Assembly: GCA_028023455.1 (NCBI GenBank)
Contig: JAQFVV010000006.1
Coordinates: forward strand, 14,880,001 to 14,944,000
Direction of reading: 5' to 3'
Length of the DNA stretch: 64,000 nt
Source: Epiperipatus broadwayi
Lineage: Eukaryota; Animalia; Onychophora
The notes under the pieces are model-generated. The model was not told the DNA's origin and searched no databases. It saw nothing but the letters and a program-made list of their open reading frames with translations. Below are positions 62,121 to 64,000 of the stretch, in pieces (position 1 is the stretch's first letter; each line of letters opens with the position of its first letter). A program made the translations under genes and the position numbers.

Positions 62121-62509
62121 CCAGATCATAATCTGCCACACATATATAATCAGTGCTTGGTTTAAAGTGTGAAGATTTGCTATCTTAATATAAACCGAGC
62201 ACTGCCTTTTTCACATGTGTGTTTACATGTGTATCGGTTGTATGAGATAGAGTAGAAGGCTGAAGGGAACTTGAAGGTCTGTGTTCAAATCCCCTATATA
62301 AAAGTAAATTTACTTTTAGTTACAATGTAATGTTTATGATAAAAGCATTCTACTTGTAGTTTAATTATATGTTAGTTGTCATCTAATTAAATTGTTAAAT
62401 GTTTTTTTTTTTAAAAAAAATATTCAAACTTGTCTTTCAAAAAAAAAGAGAGAGAAATAAAATTAAGTGCCATTTATAAAATTTCCAACGATTATGGTCT
62501 TCGGTAGAA

Positions 62510-62760
62510 TAGTCTAATTGATTAGAATATAACTTTAAATTTAGACCTTTATAAATTCAGTTTTCGCGAATCTAAAGGTCACCAGTTCAATTCCTCTGCT
62601 AGACTGACGCTGATCAGGCCAGCTTCGTCTGAAGAAGGAAAATAATCTCTCGCGAAACTTTGTGTAGCGCTCTAACAATTGAATGTATTTAGAAAAGTAT
62701 AAAGTTAGAATTTTCCTAAAACTATGTGATGGAAATAGACCAACATAAAACTATAATGTA
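62510..62760 (+). repeat. Family C stand-alone copy
   Basis: tRNA-like part (gaatctaaaggtccaccagttcaattcc), gatcaggccagc, CUGAAGA...GCGAAACUUUGUG at 62629, tail matching 13410-13535. Confidence 0.65.
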
Positions 62761-63228
62761 TAAAGATGAGATTAATTTAAACAAATAATAGTTGCATTAA
62801 AGTTCTTTCTAGCCCTATATGATTATCTGATTTTAAAAAGTAGTAATAATTTAGTATTAATTTTACGCTTTTTTTTTTTGTACGTAATGCCTTTTTTCGC
62901 CAATAATTTTATAATGCCATTGGATGAATATGGTGTATATCCTAACACTTGTTTTTTTTTTTTTAATGCTAACCAAGATTTCGCCTCTCATTTATTCTTT
63001 TCTTATTTAAACAAATGCAGTTTTTAGGAAGCACCAGCTTCTTTAAAGTTCTTCTAAAGTTGAATAACCTCTGGAAAGTTTTCCCAAGTGGAACACGCTG
63101 CGCCTTTGATCTCAACCAAAATAGAAACCTGGAAACGTTTTTTTTTTTTTTTTTTGTCTATACGGTGCAGTATTTTCGTAGGGGAGATCAAAATTTTAGT
63201 CACATTTATTTTCTTATATATACAGTAT

Positions 63229-63592
63229 ACAAATATTGTACATTTTAATTTATGCGCATCATTTAGATAAACATTCTTCTTTATGTTAAATAAATAATGA
63301 AAAACGGTTTTTCATGTGTTGTTTTCGCGTATTTATATACACGTGTATGTGCGTGTGCAAGGTATTATGTATTTTCGAATTAAATTCTTAGTTTTAGAAG
63401 GAACTTTATTCAATACAAATATTGTACATTTTAATTTATGCGCATCATTTAGATAAACATTCTTCTTTATGTTAAATAAATAAAGAAAAACGTTTTTCCA
63501 TGTGTTGTTTTCGCGTATTTACTTACACGTGTATGTGCAAGATATTATATATTTTCGAATTAAATTCTTAGTTTTAGAAGGAACTTTATTCA
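63229..63592 (+). repeat. 186-bp tandem duplication
   Basis: acaaatattgtacattttaatttatgcgc at 63229 and 63415. Confidence 0.9.
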
Positions 63593-64000
63593 AGGAAATA
63601 CGTATCTACAGATATTTCAGTTTAAAAGAAAAAAAAATTATACATAACTAATCTAAGAATACTATAAGGAGTATGTTCAATAGTATTCAGTGAATTATAC
63701 TATTATTAAGAATATTTACAATAAAATAGGAAGCAGAAAGTACATCTCACTAGGGGTTAATGCACTGATGGTCAAGTGACCAAATGGCTGCGAAAATGTC
63801 TGACGGGATGATTTTTTAATATCTTTGTTTTATTGTCTCTAATTTATTTTTAAAACTTAAAAATTTTTTTGCATTATTTTTGTAAAGATAAGTACACCTT
63901 GTGCACCATAATGCATACAGCATAAGACTATAATTGAACTTACAGTGAGTGGCTGAAGTAATTAACAAGCAAGGGGTAATAATGCTATATCACATCGCCA

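Noticed and set aside
1272-63270. Most short ORFs in the supplied six-frame track
   Set aside because: They are low-complexity F/I/K/Y/N-rich frames expected in AT-rich DNA, or antisense shadows of TE fragments. None has independent support.

Overview
AT-rich eukaryotic DNA from an invertebrate, probably an arthropod (the organism cannot be fixed from sequence alone). The window is almost entirely intronic. Two + strand exons (2701-2830 and 42882-42954) splice in frame into the C-terminal HEAT/ARM region of a Fused/STK36-like kinase, across a 40,051-bp intron. The introns are full of decayed TEs: RTE LINE fragments, several Penelope-like (PLE) RT and GIY-YIG remnants, mariner, hAT and Merlin-like MITEs, a tRNA-Gly-derived SINE and a gypsy integrase scrap. 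The main unexplained signal is about 27 type I hammerhead ribozyme (HHR) motifs in four non-coding or 3'-UTR repeat families: A (456-nt monomer), B (372-377 nt, related to A), D (about 355 nt, canonical core) and C (a tRNA-like Pol III box plus a minimal HHR, forming the 3' end of a PLE). The stems covary between copies. Copies occur as tandem 1.2-1.5-mers and as head-to-head inverted pairs, one of them flanked by a 13-bp TSD. This looks like a set of retrozyme-like RNAs mobilised by Penelope machinery (inference; activity untested). There are also exon-like segments of a possible nested gene or pseudogene pair. All alignments and folds were done by eye, with no database searches.
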